Shown here in pieces: positions 36,118 through 48,771 of a DNA stretch of 64,000 nucleotides. Origin of the DNA: Eledone cirrhosa (Eukaryota); the NCBI GenBank assembly GCA_964016885.1, contig OZ024743.1, forward strand, positions 146,630,001-146,694,000. The letters are read 5' to 3'. Under the pieces are notes generated by a model, which worked only from the letters and a program-made list of their open reading frames with translations, was not told where the DNA came from and searched no databases. Made by a program: the position numbers and the translations under genes. How positions within the stretch are numbered: the first letter of the stretch is position 1; each line of letters begins with the position of its first letter.

Positions 36118-38910
36118 ATGTATGTATATATATATATATGTATATATATATATCTATATATCATCTCTGCCTATGCTCCCCAAGCAGGCCTAGGCAAAGA
36201 TGAGAAAGACTGCTTTTACGAGCAACTTTTACAAACAACCGCAATGACAGAGGACGGAGACATCGTTATGCTAGCAGGAGACTTCAATGGTCATGTTGGA
36301 CAGCTCCAGGATGGTTACACTGGGGTACATGGTGGGCACGGTTACGGCTCAAGAAATGAAGAAGGAGTGAGACTTCTTAAATTTTGTGATGCAAGTACAC
36401 TGACTATTTGCAACACAAACTTCCAGAAACCTGCCAACCACCTAATAACCTACAAATCTGGCGAGCACATAAGCCAGATTGACTTCTTACTAGTTAGGCA
36501 GTGGGACAAGCAGATAGTGTCTAATACCAAGGCATACCCTGGGGAAGAATGTACCCCACAGCATAGGTTAGTCGTTAGTGATATCTTAGTAAGCAAGAGA
36601 TGGAATGAGACATACAGGAAGGTGTGGAGAAGAAAGGTCTGGAAGCTAAAAGACCTTTCACTAAAATACAAATTTAGGAAAGCCCTTCAAGATGTGTATG
36701 ACGAAAAAGAAGACGATTTAGAGACGTATGACATAGATAATAACTGGAATTTCTTACGTGTCAACTTACTGCAGGCTACTGATGAAACTTGTGGCTGGAG
36801 CAGAGCTCCAACCAGACAGAAAGTGGCCTGGTGGTGGAACAGCACAGTAGATAAGGCCATTAGAGACAAAAGACTAGCATGGAAGGCTTGGAAAAAGGGT
36901 GGGAGTAGGGAAGAATATACAGCCACTAAGAGAGAAGCTAGACGTCAGGTGTACTTAGCACGCAGGGAGGCTGAGAGTAGGAGGTTTGCCAATGTTCTGC
37001 GACGGGAAGATCAGAGGTGTGCGGTGTTCCACATTGCAAGGCAGTGTGTCAATACCTATCAGGATGTTGTTGGAGATAAATGTGTCCGGAATGATGCCGG
37101 TGTACTTAGTGTCACAAATGATCAGAAAAAAAAGGCCTGGAAATGTCATTATGAGAGACTGATGAATGTGGAGAACGAATGGAAGAGAGAGAAATTACCC
37201 TCAGTAGATCCGACAGAGGGACCAGCTATTGAGATTGATGAATATAGGGTCCAAGAGGCGATTAAGGAAATGAAAAATGGTAAGGCTGCTGGACCATCGG
37301 GAATAGTTGCTGAGATGCTGAAGGCATCAGGGGACGTAGGCACTAAACTGGTTGCACGTATCATCAATCAGGCTATATATGGTGGTGTCATACCCAAAGA
37401 CTGGTGCAGCAGTATTCTCATAAATTGCTACAAAGGTAAAGGGGATGCTCTGGAGAGGAGCAATTATAAGGGTATAAAACTGATGGATCAGGTTATGAAA
37501 GTGGCAGAAAGGATATTAGCACAACTAATTAGAGAAAGGGTCAAACTAGATGAGATGCAATTTGGTTTTGTGCCTGGGAAGAGTACAACAGATGCCCTCT
37601 TCTTGGTGAGACAATTGCAAGAGAGGTTCTTAGAGAAAAATAAGCCACTATACTTAGCCTTTGTTAACCTAGAGAAGGCCTTTGATAGGGTACCCCGATC
37701 TGTCATCTGGTGGTCCCTAAGGAAACTAGGTGTTGAGGAATGGCTTGTGAGGACAGTGCAAACTTTGTACAGAGGTACTGTCAGTAAAGTCAGGGTAGAA
37801 ATGGAGTTTAGTGAGGAATTCCAGATACAAGTAGGAGTACATCAAGGTTCAGTCCTCAGCCCGCTCTTGTTCATTATAGTCCTCCAAGCCATAACAGAGG
37901 AGTTTAAGACTGGCTGTCCATGGGAACTTTTCTATGCTGATGATCTGGTTCTTATAGCAGAATCAGTAGAGGAGCTAGAGAATAAATTCTGGCTATGGAA
38001 ACAGCAGTTGGAAGCAAGAGGACTGATAGTGAACCTAGCTAAGACAAAAGTGTTGATGAGTAGAAAAGAGAACAAAACTCTGATTCCGTCAGGGAAATGG
38101 CCATGTTCGATATGCAGAAAAGGAACTGGCATAAATTCTATAAAATGCACACAATGCAGATCCTGGGTACACAAGAGATGTAACGGGATAGCAGGCAAAC
38201 TAACAGGTAGGGAGAAATATGTATCCAGTAGATGTACAGGGAAATTAGACAGTAGAAGTCGCATTGGTAGACACATTTTTCAAATACAGGCGGGTGCTAT
38301 AGAAGTGGTGGATAGCTTCCGGTATCTAGGAGATCAGATTAGAATGGGAGGGGGGTGTTCCGAGGCCATAGTATCTAGAATAAAGATGGGTTGGAAGAAG
38401 TTTAGGGAACTGCTTCATCTGCTGACGAAGAAGGGTTTCTCCCTGCATACAAAAGGCCGGTTATATGATGCCTGTGTGAGGAGCGCGATGCTCCATGGTA
38501 GTGAGATTTGGGCAGCAACTGCAAAGGATATGCGATGGCTGGAGAGAAATGAGGCAAGCATGCTCCGTTGGATGTGCAGTGTCAATGTGCGTGAACAACC
38601 CAGCATGAATGTGTTGAGAGAGAAACTGTGTCAGAGAAGGATAGAATGTAGTGAACGGGAGAAGAGACCGAGGTGGTATGAACATGTGATGCACATGGAG
38701 GATGACCGATGGGTGAAGAAGTGCCAGGAAATGCCAGTTGAAGGAAGACGTGGTAGAGGTAGACCACAAAAAACATGGGCAGAAGTGGTAAGAACAGACC
38801 TCAGATCGCTGAAGCTCACGGTGGAGATGATGAAGGATCGTGACAAGTGGAGAGATGCTGTGCTGAATAAGACCCGTCCCACCCTTGCAAGCAGGGAAGA
38901 GTGGACGTAA
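36118..38910 (+). CDS. RTE APE-RT polyprotein, 930-aa open frame, probably inactive
   Basis: Uninterrupted ORF, but the start lies in a (TA)n tract, RT motif A reads FVNLEKAFD (D>N) and the last PHD CxxC reads SSRC. Confidence 0.75.
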   Translation: MYVYIYICIYIYLYIISAYAPQAGLGKDEKDCFYEQLLQTTAMTEDGDIVMLAGDFNGHVGQLQDGYTGVHGGHGYGSRNEEGVRLLKFCDASTLTICNTNFQKPANHLITYKSGEHISQIDFLLVRQWDKQIVSNTKAYPGEECTPQHRLVVSDILVSKRWNETYRKVWRRKVWKLKDLSLKYKFRKALQDVYDEKEDDLETYDIDNNWNFLRVNLLQATDETCGWSRAPTRQKVAWWWNSTVDKAIRDKRLAWKAWKKGGSREEYTATKREARRQVYLARREAESRRFANVLRREDQRCAVFHIARQCVNTYQDVVGDKCVRNDAGVLSVTNDQKKKAWKCHYERLMNVENEWKREKLPSVDPTEGPAIEIDEYRVQEAIKEMKNGKAAGPSGIVAEMLKASGDVGTKLVARIINQAIYGGVIPKDWCSSILINCYKGKGDALERSNYKGIKLMDQVMKVAERILAQLIRERVKLDEMQFGFVPGKSTTDALFLVRQLQERFLEKNKPLYLAFVNLEKAFDRVPRSVIWWSLRKLGVEEWLVRTVQTLYRGTVSKVRVEMEFSEEFQIQVGVHQGSVLSPLLFIIVLQAITEEFKTGCPWELFYADDLVLIAESVEELENKFWLWKQQLEARGLIVNLAKTKVLMSRKENKTLIPSGKWPCSICRKGTGINSIKCTQCRSWVHKRCNGIAGKLTGREKYVSSRCTGKLDSRSRIGRHIFQIQAGAIEVVDSFRYLGDQIRMGGGCSEAIVSRIKMGWKKFRELLHLLTKKGFSLHTKGRLYDACVRSAMLHGSEIWAATAKDMRWLERNEASMLRWMCSVNVREQPSMNVLREKLCQRRIECSEREKRPRWYEHVMHMEDDRWVKKCQEMPVEGRRGRGRPQKTWAEVVRTDLRSLKLTVEMMKDRDKWRDAVLNKTRPTLASREEWT

Positions 38911-38922
38911 AATGATGATGAT
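36157..38922 (+). mobile_element. RTE-clade LINE, subfamily B, lacking 5'UTR and N-terminal APE
   Basis: APE motifs SAYAPQ, GDFNGHVG, SQIDF, QHRLV; RT QFGF, HQGS, YADD; PHD-like finger; stop directly followed by (ATG)n tail. Confidence 0.96.
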
Positions 38923-39208
38923 AAGGCAATTCTTTCATTCAGTTGTGATTGATGAGAAGAATAGTTTCCGAAACATGTAAATGTGAATATTCCATATTTT
39001 TAAAATCTATTTTACTTACAGCCTGTTCTTCCCAGTTTTTTAGTTCACACAAATATGAAATCATATCACTGACTACCTGTTATCGTTGTGCTATCTCAGT
39101 GGTTGAATATCTCACTTGGATGAACTAAAATTGAATTGTCTAAGTACATGTGTGTTTATATAACTACACATTTTTATGTTTTAAGTATTTTATTGCTCAT
39201 TTGTTCTC

Positions 39209-39423
39209 TTAACTCTTTAGCATTTAAACTGGTCATATCTGCCCAAAATTCCACCCTACCTTTTTCTGTTCAAACTAGCCATAATAAAATCATTGATAAG
39301 ATATCATTCTCAAAATAAACTAACATCATCAAAATATTGTTAGATTCGAGATTATGTGAGATAAAGCCTTCACCGTGAAAATATAATAGTAAATATAGAA
39401 TAATGTAAATGCTAAAAGGTTAA
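39209..39423. mobile_element. piggyBac-type MITE, same family as 7673-7897
   Basis: ttaa-ctctttagcattta...taaatgctaaaagg-ttaa, with internal homology to the 7673 copy. Confidence 0.7.
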
Positions 39424-39715
39424 AAAATATAAGTGTCTATACTTTGTATGCATACATAGATGTAAACAGGCAAAAAAAAACAAAATTCTCTACAGTAACT
39501 CAATCTGCTAAATATAACAGGCAAACCTTCCTCAGGTCACATCCCATTGCCTTAAAAAACAAAAGGATACATACACTAGATAATATAATTTTCAGTACAT
39601 TAAAAATAAAAAGAAGATGAGATGGTCATTGCTAAAATTCATTTGTAGGTTTGCTCAGACAAAACTGATATAGGGTTACTCAACATGAAAGTTAGTTATA
39701 AAGGATTAAAAAAAT

Positions 39716-39916
39716 TTAACTCTTTAGATGCTAACTTTTTGAGTTTTATAACACAAACCTACCTATTCTGACATAATTTTGTTTAAGAATATTTTTGGTG
39801 TTTTTTATGAAAAAGATTTAGCTTGATAAATCCTTCAAAATTCTTCATTATTTGTAAAATTAATTAAAGTACATAGACAATATATTTCATTAGAAATATG
39901 GAAATGAAAGGGTTAA
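39716..39916. mobile_element. Possible second piggyBac-type MITE
   Basis: ttaa-ctcttt ... aaaggg-ttaa ends. Confidence 0.4.
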
Positions 39917-40632
39917 GGAACATATTTATGGGTCAACTTTATGTTTTCCTCATTAAACTAAGCATTCATTGTTCATATTTCAGAAAGAAATAAAATTCAA
40001 GCTTTTAGAAACTAAAGATTTCTCATGTTTATAAACATATCTATGTCAAAAGAATCTGAATTTCTTTGAGGATTTAAAAAAAATGAAATGTTTGGTTTCT
40101 ATTGTCAGTTTGGCACCATGTTTTCGAGGCATTTATGATACTAAATAATCTACTATTTTTTCAAAGTTGGACATATATATGTAATATGAAAAAAATTAAC
40201 CCTCTCAAAACAAGGAATATATAAAATTCTTATATTGGATAAACAGAGTATAATCTATAACTTGTGTATCATTCTTTACGTGTTTTTATTTTAGTACTTT
40301 ATCTGAAAAAAATCAAACAAAAACATTTCATATTAAAGGTAAAATATATATATAGATAATAAATAAACAAAACAAAATGAGCAGTATAACTTTTATTGTT
40401 CTCTGCCTGATTCATTGCCCAAACTTCAAAAAATGGTTATAAATCCATATTTTTTTCTTAAGTTGGATTTTCTTCCATTCTATTTTCATTTTAGAGAATA
40501 AAAACATGAAGATGAAAAGGTTTCCAAAAAATGAATTCAATTTTTTCTAGACAATTATTATTTCATAAATATACATATCCACATATTTACATATACAGAC
40601 CTGCATGCTCACATACATGCACATATGCACGT

Positions 40633-40668
<36 letters not shown>

Positions 40669-43600
40669 ATGTTCACTACTTAAAATTAATTTATCTGTAA
40701 ATAATAGCATAAGGCATACCAGCTTTTAGCTTATTTTGATTTTGAGTGTTTTTATTATATTTTTTTATCTCTCACACACTGCCAAACGTATCTGAATCAT
40801 GCGATCGAGACAAAGAAAAAAAATATATTCAAGTAAGAAATTAATTTGTGGTGAGGGTGAGAGAGAAAGGTGGGGGTGAAAGGAAGTAAGCAGGACAGAA
40901 AAAGAGGAAGAAATAGATTTTTTTAAAAAATAAACATTCGAATTTCAGCTTAAAATAATCTACTTAAATTTTATAGACATTTTACAGAAAAAATATCAGT
41001 TTCCGTTCCCGTCAAAACTATTTTTTGAAAGTATGATCCATAGGTACTCCCTAAAAAACAACTTCAATGGAGCAAATACTTCCTCTGATATTTGTGTAGT
41101 TTTTCAACCTAAAAGGAAGAAAAAAAAATATTTGAAATTTTGGATGTTTTAAACATTTTTCAGAAAAGTTTTTTCCTTATGAAGTTTTAATTAAAACATG
41201 TTTGGCATTTAGATAACTTCCTACAGAGAAAAATTATGAGGTTACTACTATGTAGCAAGCTTTGAAACGGATATTGATCTTGAATGGCACATATGTACAT
41301 GCAAGCAGATGCACACACATACACACATAAAACATAAACACATGCATATACATGCTAACTCATTAACAAATACATTTTTACACATGAACATACATGTAAA
41401 GATTTGCACATACAAATACATACACAGATACATAAAGATATATACTTACATACACATACATATATAGATAAATACATACATATACATACATCTGAGACAC
41501 ATATTAAACATTTTTATTATTGAAGTCATATATATATTTTTTAATAATATTAGAAGAATGTAACAAACAGATAATCTGGATTGTTTCTTTTTATTTCCTT
41601 ATTGGTGTTTTCTTTTATGTTTTTATTTTACATTTTTGCTTGAAGAGAGAAACAAAATAGTTGAACGATTAATAGGTATATTGGCATTGATAAAGGAAAT
41701 TGAGGTTTAAGAAAGTTTATAGATTTAAGAAAAGAAGTGTGAAGGAGAATAACAAACAATCAGAAAAGAAGAGTTAAATCTATTTTTCACAGTTATATTT
41801 TATATGTTTTATGTTAGTATGAATTATCATTAGCATTCTATTGATAAATTGTTCCAATATTAAAAAAAAATATAAACTAATTGAAATAAACAAAATGTTA
41901 CCAAAGTTATGTTTCATTAATTTTCTTTCTTTGTTTTAACTTTTGCAGCCCATACAGATAATAGTTACCTAAGATATAATTGACAAGAGCATTTCAGTTC
42001 AAAATATTTTGAATTTAGTAACTGTGAATAAAGTATTATCTCACAAGAAACATAATGACAGTGAAGGCAAAATGATGGACTACAAGTTACATAGTCATAA
42101 GTTCAAGCTTTATAAAGATACCTGTTAATATTTTGTTGCTTGTTACGAAGTTCTTGTACATGTTGTTGGTGTAATTTAAGTCAAGGTTAGCCCTGATCTA
42201 ACAGATCTATTGTCAATGATTTTCCATCCATGATCCACCTGTTTTTTTCAAACATATTCTAGATTTACATTATTCAATTTGTTGTCTTTTTTCAAAAGAG
42301 AAAGTACAATTTAGGGGATATTCAGTTGAATACTTCCAGCATCAGGGAGATGCTTCTCTTTTCATGTTTGATAATTGTGTAGCTAAAAATTTGAAGAAAT
42401 ATCAGTTGCAAAAATATCTCTATACAATGTCTAAATTTACAAAACACCTTCCCTCCACACTAAATTTAAAATAATACAAATGGCTAAAAGGAAATCCATA
42501 AAGTACCTGGATTCCAATTTAGATATATATGAAAATTATTAATTTAGACTAAGAATATAAGTGAACTTGATGTAGAAAACATTTGTTTATATTGCACACA
42601 TATGTTTTTAGTATTATTTTATTTCTTATGAACAGCAAGTACATATTGAGGCAGCAGTCTTGTGCTATCTGTAACCCACATATGTAGAATTCACAGTGTG
42701 AGATATAAATGTTTCATGGCCCTGGCAGACAAAATGCTGAATGCATTACCCTAAAAAATGGTGAAGGAAAGTGCTGAAAGAGCCAGTGCATCTTACAGGC
42801 CTCATAGATGAAATGGTCATCTTTATCCAGGTTGAACTGATTAGGAGGTGTTTCAAGTGCCCAGGATGCCAGATATTTCTGCCACTATAAATTCAACAAA
42901 AATATTTACTGGAGGGTAGCTAGTAATTTGTCAGCTTGAGACTCTCAGCTTTTCTTGTGCTGAAACCAGGGTTTGACACCATTTTCTCTAAGTTGCCACT
43001 GGACAAATGGAAAGATATCTTTTTATTTATTAATATCACTTTGGGTTTTTTGGAAATACTGTAATTTTGATGTATGTCTCCAGCAAAAAGAGTTTGATTT
43101 ATTTATGAATAATCTTAGTTGAATTCCCAGTTTAGCTCTTTTAATTCACTAATGCCATATAACTGTAATGTATCATCATATTAGTGTGGAGAAGGATGGG
43201 TTCTGCTAGGATATGCTGCTATGTTTTTAGGCATAACATATCTAGGATTATATTAGCCAATGTATCCTTTCTGTTTGAAGACGATAGTGATGTTTTTAAA
43301 AGACATTTTGGCAGCTATAATTATGATACACATGTTTAGTTTTAAAATAAACAGGATTCATGGCATTTAAAATCTAATAGTCGATCATTTGTCATGTTGA
43401 TTTTGTTCAATCATACACTGTAAGAATCCATTTAAGTGAGAAATTATTGATATCATTTTGGGATGACAATGGATTGAATGAATGCTCAGAAATGCTGTTT
43501 CTGCAGAAAAGCTTCAAAGTTATTCACAATATGTATTCCAAAGGGGTAACTGAAGAAATAAAATACACAAGAATTGGAATAACTACATTTTTTTTTACCT

Positions 43601-44009
43601 TTTTAGCTCCACTTTTAAAAACACTTAAAGTAACTTGGCAGCTATGTGATATTTCTCTTGCACCATTATGATTTTTTACATACATAAATTTGTCAATATA
43701 TATAATTTTTACAGTTTGGCATATACAGAAAAAATCTAAATCATAGAAACATTGAGAGTGAAACAGTCAAAATATGTAATAAGTAAGATTAAATAAATGC
43801 TGAAATAAAACTCATTAGAATCCCCACCCCACAAAAAAAAAAAAAAAAAGATGTTCATGCGTAAAGGATTTGAAAATACACAATGAAGAAGACAAAAAAA
43901 ATATATCTATATCAGTAAGACAAAAAAATATATCTACAAAAATATATCTATATTATATATTTTGTAGCTAAATCTATTTAGCTCACTAAAATGTCTCATT
44001 ATTTTATCC

Positions 44010-44113
44010 CCCCGAGGTTGACTTTGCCTTTCATCCTTATGGGGTCGATAAAATAAAGTATCAGTAATGCACTGGGTAATTGCTGGCCTTGTGCCTAAAG
44101 TAGAAACAATTAT
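44010..44113 (+). mobile_element. SINE family A, 5'-truncated
   Basis: ccgaggttgactttgcctttcatcc...agaaacaattat. Confidence 0.85.
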
Positions 44114-44572
44114 TTTGAGAAGTTTTAATAGAGTATTAGTTTTATAGTCATCTACATATGAATTGGCCTTAAATTGTTTTAGTGTCAATTTTTAGCTTTA
44201 CTTGAATACTGATTCAGTCCGTGACAACCTATCCAGCCTTTGCTAACAGGGAAAATGGTGATGATGATGATGGTGACAGACTGATTGTCTCTAAAATTTT
44301 AGTTTTTTTCTATACATTTCTGAGTTTCCTTTGTACAATATTTATTTTCAGCTATATTATAATTAGCCATCAGTCAGTCTACGCTCAATCCTTGACGACG
44401 AAAGCAGCATAGTTTTGGACATGCTAATACATTTCTAGCTACCACGAATTTGTGTTGATATCTTATTCATAAAATATATTTTGGTTCAGTACATTACATA
44501 GAGTGCTTTTTTGCTTGATCTATTTTTCAGAAACTCTTGGCACTATATACATATATGTATGATATATACATA

Positions 44573-45878
44573 TCATCATCATCATTTTATGTCCACTTTT
44601 CCCTGCTTGCAAGGGTGGGATGGGTCCTATTCAGCACAGCATCTCTCCACTTGTCACGGTCCTTTGTTATCTACTCCGTGAATTTCAGCGATCTGAGGTC
44701 TGCTCTCACCACCTCCACCTATGTTTTTCATGGGCTTCCTCTACTGCGTTTTCCTTCTACTGGGATTTCTTGGCACTTCTTTACATAGCGGTCATCCTCC
44801 ATGTGCATCACATGTCTATACCATCTCAGTCTTCTCTCCTGCACACCACAACTTATCCCTCTTATACCTAGTTTCTTTCTCAACTCGTCTATGCTTGGTT
44901 GTTCACGCACATTGACATTGCCCATCCAACGGAGCATGCTTGCTTCATTTCTATCCAGCCATCGCATATCCTCTGCAGTTGCTGCCCAAATCTCACTACC
45001 ATGGAGCATCGCGCATCTCACACAGGCATCATATAACCGTCCTTTCGTATGCAGGGAGAAACCCTTCTTTGTCAACAGAGGAAGCAGCTCCCTAAACTTC
45101 TTCCAACTTGTCCTTATTCTACATACTACTATGGCTTCGGAACACCCCCCTCCCATGCTAATCTGATCACCTAGGTACCAGAAGCTATCAACCACTTCTA
45201 TAAACCCACCTCCATTGGAAAAATGTGTCTATCACTGCGATTAATACTGCCAACTTTCCCTGTACATCTACTGCATACGTAGTTTCCCCTACCTGTTAGT
45301 TTGCCTGCTATCCCACTACATCTCTTATGTACCCAAGATCTGCATTGCATACATTTTATTTAATTTATGCCAGTTCCTTTTCTACATATCGAACATGGCC
45401 ATTTCCCAGATGGAATCAGAGTTTTGTCCTCTCTTCTACTTATTAACATTTTTGTCTTAGCTATGTTCACTCTCAGGCCTCTTGATTCCAACTGCTGTTT
45501 CCATAGCCAGAATTTATTCTCTAGCTCCTCTACTAATTCTGCTATAAGAACCAGATCATCAGCATAGAGAAGTTCCAATGGGCATCCAGTCTTAAAGTCC
45601 TCTGTTATGGCTTGGAGGACTATAATGAACAAGAGCGGGCTGAGGACCGAACCCTGATGTACACCTACTTGTATTTGGAATTCCTTACTAAACTCCATTC
45701 CTACTCCCACTTTACTGACAGCACACCTGTATATAGCTTGCACTGTCCTCACATGCCATTCCTCTACACCTAGTTTCCTTAGGGACCACCAGATGGCCTT
45801 CTTTAGGTCAACCAAAGGCCTTCTCTAGGTCAACAAAAGCTAAGTATAGTGGCTTATTCTTCTCTAAGAACCTCTCTC
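44573..45878 (-). mobile_element. RTE-clade LINE, subfamily B, 5'-truncated, with stops and indels
   Basis: ORFs 45360-45815 and 44728-45195 closely match the 36157 copy; same 3' hairpin and tail. Confidence 0.93.
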
Positions 45879-45912
45879 TCTTTATATATATATATACATA
45901 TATTCATATATA

Positions 45913-46335
45913 CATCATCATCATTATCAGGTCGAGCATGCTCGGCCTTCTACGACACGCTTCCTCCATCCATCTCTGTCTCTCATAGCATTTGCCAGTT
46001 ATTCCGCAGTGCATCCAGTATTGTCCTCAAGTTGCTTGACGTATGTCTTCTTGGGACGAGCAGTGTTTCTTGCTCCATGAAATGGACTCCATAACAATAC
46101 ATCACCTGCTATTTCTTCTTTGCTGCGCCAACAGTGGCCAGCAAATCTGAGTCTCTGTTTACGTATTGACTTGCTGATAGGTGGTATATTGCCATAGAGA
46201 TCCTTATTTGTTGGGTGTTTCCTCCAAGATACGTTTAAAGCAGCATGGAGCATACGTGTGTATGCCCCGTCTAGCTTTTCCTCCAGTTTTGACGTTAGCA
46301 TCCAAGTGATAGAGCCATAAACAAGCACATATTCC
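45913..46335 (-). mobile_element. 3' end of a different RTE/RTEX-type LINE
   Basis: VLVYGSITW..LDGAYTRML..RLRFAGHCWR..RPKKTY; (TGA)n tail at 45913-45928. Confidence 0.85.
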
Positions 46336-46724
46336 AGGGCGGAAGAACTCATAAGAGTCAACGGCCATCCAAAAATTGTGTAAATATGTATATAGTGTAT
46401 ATAGTGCATATTTGGTAGTCTTGGTCGGCAATCTGTCTAGGAGAGGGACCACTCTGATTTCAAAGCTGGGGCGGACAGAGCTCTTTGGCCTTGATAGGCA
46501 ATCTGTCAAACCAATCCTGACTGGGTTAAACGACGACATTGGTAAGAAGGATGTCAGATCAGTGGATAAGGCAATGATCAAGTAACTGTGAATTTGGTTC
46601 ATACTACTAGTGGCAAGGCGTTTGTTGGATCTTTTGGTGAGGCACAACCGCTCTAATACAGAGTACTGCTTTCACTTGTATGGAGTAGTGACCGCAAGTG
46701 TATATCCAGCTATTGAAAGCTAAA
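46336..46724 (+). mobile_element. Putative RTE/RTEX 5'UTR in inverted orientation
   Basis: taagagtcaacggccatcc and ggcaatctgtctaggagagggaccactc also occur in the 5' part of the 29890-30518 element; ends ..QLLKAK at a (TA)n run. Confidence 0.55.
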
Positions 46725-47266
46725 TATATATATATATATATATATGATTTATTTTCTTTTGGTCGTTTTGGAAGCCTCAACAATGCAGATGGGTAAGTCT
46801 CCGGGTAACAGGATCTGGTGGTGAAGAGAGAGATGTAAGGGAATGTAGAATGAGATGTATAGTGTGTAGAGGAACGTAGGAAAGAGCGTAAAAATAAAAA
46901 AATAATAACACGAGATAGAGTTACCTTGGGAGAGATTTAATTGTCCCTATATTTCGGATTCGCATCCAACAACTGGGGGGTTTTCCGGCCGGGGGGGGGG
47001 GGGGTATCTGTCGGAGAGGAACGGTACGTATCCTCTTCTGTTTGTGACTAACTGAGGTATTCTGCAGAGCGCACGTGCGCGCGGAATAGGTGGAGTCAAG
47101 CAAAGGTTGAAGCAGTTCTTTTGATTGTGGGAGTGGGATGGCGTTAGCTGTTAATCCATTGTACTATTTATCTGTGCTGGTTTTTGGTACTAGCAGTGTA
47201 GTATAGTCGTATGGTAGTAGTCTGCCTGGTCGCTTGTTGGTCGGTGGAAGGTGGCGGTGCTACACA

Positions 47267-47834
47267 CATTTCTTATGCTTTTCAAAAATAATTTTGAGAT
47301 AGAGTGCCCGTGATTTTTGCTCTAATCTGATCAGTTTTGGAAATTCTTCCTGTTTTATGTGAAAAAAGTGGCTTGGAAGGTATTGAAATTTGGTTGATAC
47401 ATTTCTATCCACATATAAACACAATGACATACATAAACACATGTTCTATAGTGCAACACAAATATACACAAATTTGCATACCTTTTAATGTTTATAGATA
47501 TACACGTGCCGACACGCACATATACACATATGCACACATGCATTGCACATTGATGGGTGCATACATATTTGTACACAAGTATCCCATACGGCAGGGCCTA
47601 ATGGACTCCCTTTGCAGTACGTACAATCTGGACTCACACACGCCTTGTTGTTATGACAATACGATACATCATTTCACCTCTTTTGTTATTGATGTTATCG
47701 ATGTTCTTTTGAGAGAATCGTTTTTGCAAATGACTGAAAATATCGATTGATGTACGCTATTTTTACCAGTACCACAAAAATACTGGTCCATCCACACACA
47801 CACACACGCATGCACACGCACACACTAACATACA

Positions 47835-47893
<59 letters not shown>

Positions 47894-48296
47894 TTCTCCG
47901 TATAAGACAAGAGCTGAAAAATATGTTTCAATATGTTAAAATAACCCCCCCCCCCCAGACACACGTACACACACATTCCTACTGACCGATTCACTTCAAT
48001 CAAGCGGAAAAGGACACTCTTCAACAAACCTACATTTGGCGCGAAACCAGTTCGTGCTAAAATCAATTTAAACAATCACGTGACTTCTACCGACCAATCA
48101 AAATTGTTTGACAACAAGAATTTTTGCAACATGAATTGGTGCGAAATGTATATGACATTCAACAACCAACCAAATTTTAATACCTTCCAAGGTCCTTTTT
48201 TCACATAAAACAGGAAGAATTTCCAAAACTGATCAGATTAGAGCAAAAATCACGAGCACTCTATCTCAAAATTATTTTTGAAAAGCATAAGAAATG
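47267..48296. mobile_element. Non-autonomous element with ~130-150-bp terminal inverted repeats, unclassified
   Basis: catttcttatgcttttcaaaaataattttgagatagagtgc...ttggaaggtatt at 47267-47406 is the reverse complement of ~48147-48296. Confidence 0.8.
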
Positions 48297-48771
48297 CGCA
48301 ACCGGTAAAAACTTAAAACTAAAACTGAATACTAACTAATACTTATTACTAATTTATACTTATTCCTAATTAAACTATTTTTCACTGGCAAAAATTTGTC
48401 AGCATTTTCTTTTCCTTTTTACTAATATATCACAACTTGTGTGTCACACCTCTATTTAAAAAATATATATATATATATATATATATTATCAGTAATACTA
48501 ACATAGCATAATGCATAATTGGTGTGTATAGGAAGGTATATACAATATGTTTATGTATAATAAACAAATATAAGTCTCACTATGATAGTTTTAAGATCTT
48601 ATCAGCTCGTCAGAGTTATCTGCGTAGCCAAGTGGGAACACCAGATATTAGTATTTCATAATCCATCATCACTGACGTTTACTCACCTAGTACTGAGAGA
48701 AGAATAAGCTATAGCTTATACACATTTTGCATATAAAACATCTACTGGAGAAGTTCATTTGCATATAGTGC

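Noticed and set aside
36118-38910. 930-aa ORF as an active or domesticated gene
   Set aside because: N-terminal APE missing, ATG from a microsatellite, catalytic motif-A Asp replaced by Asn, PHD cysteine lost.
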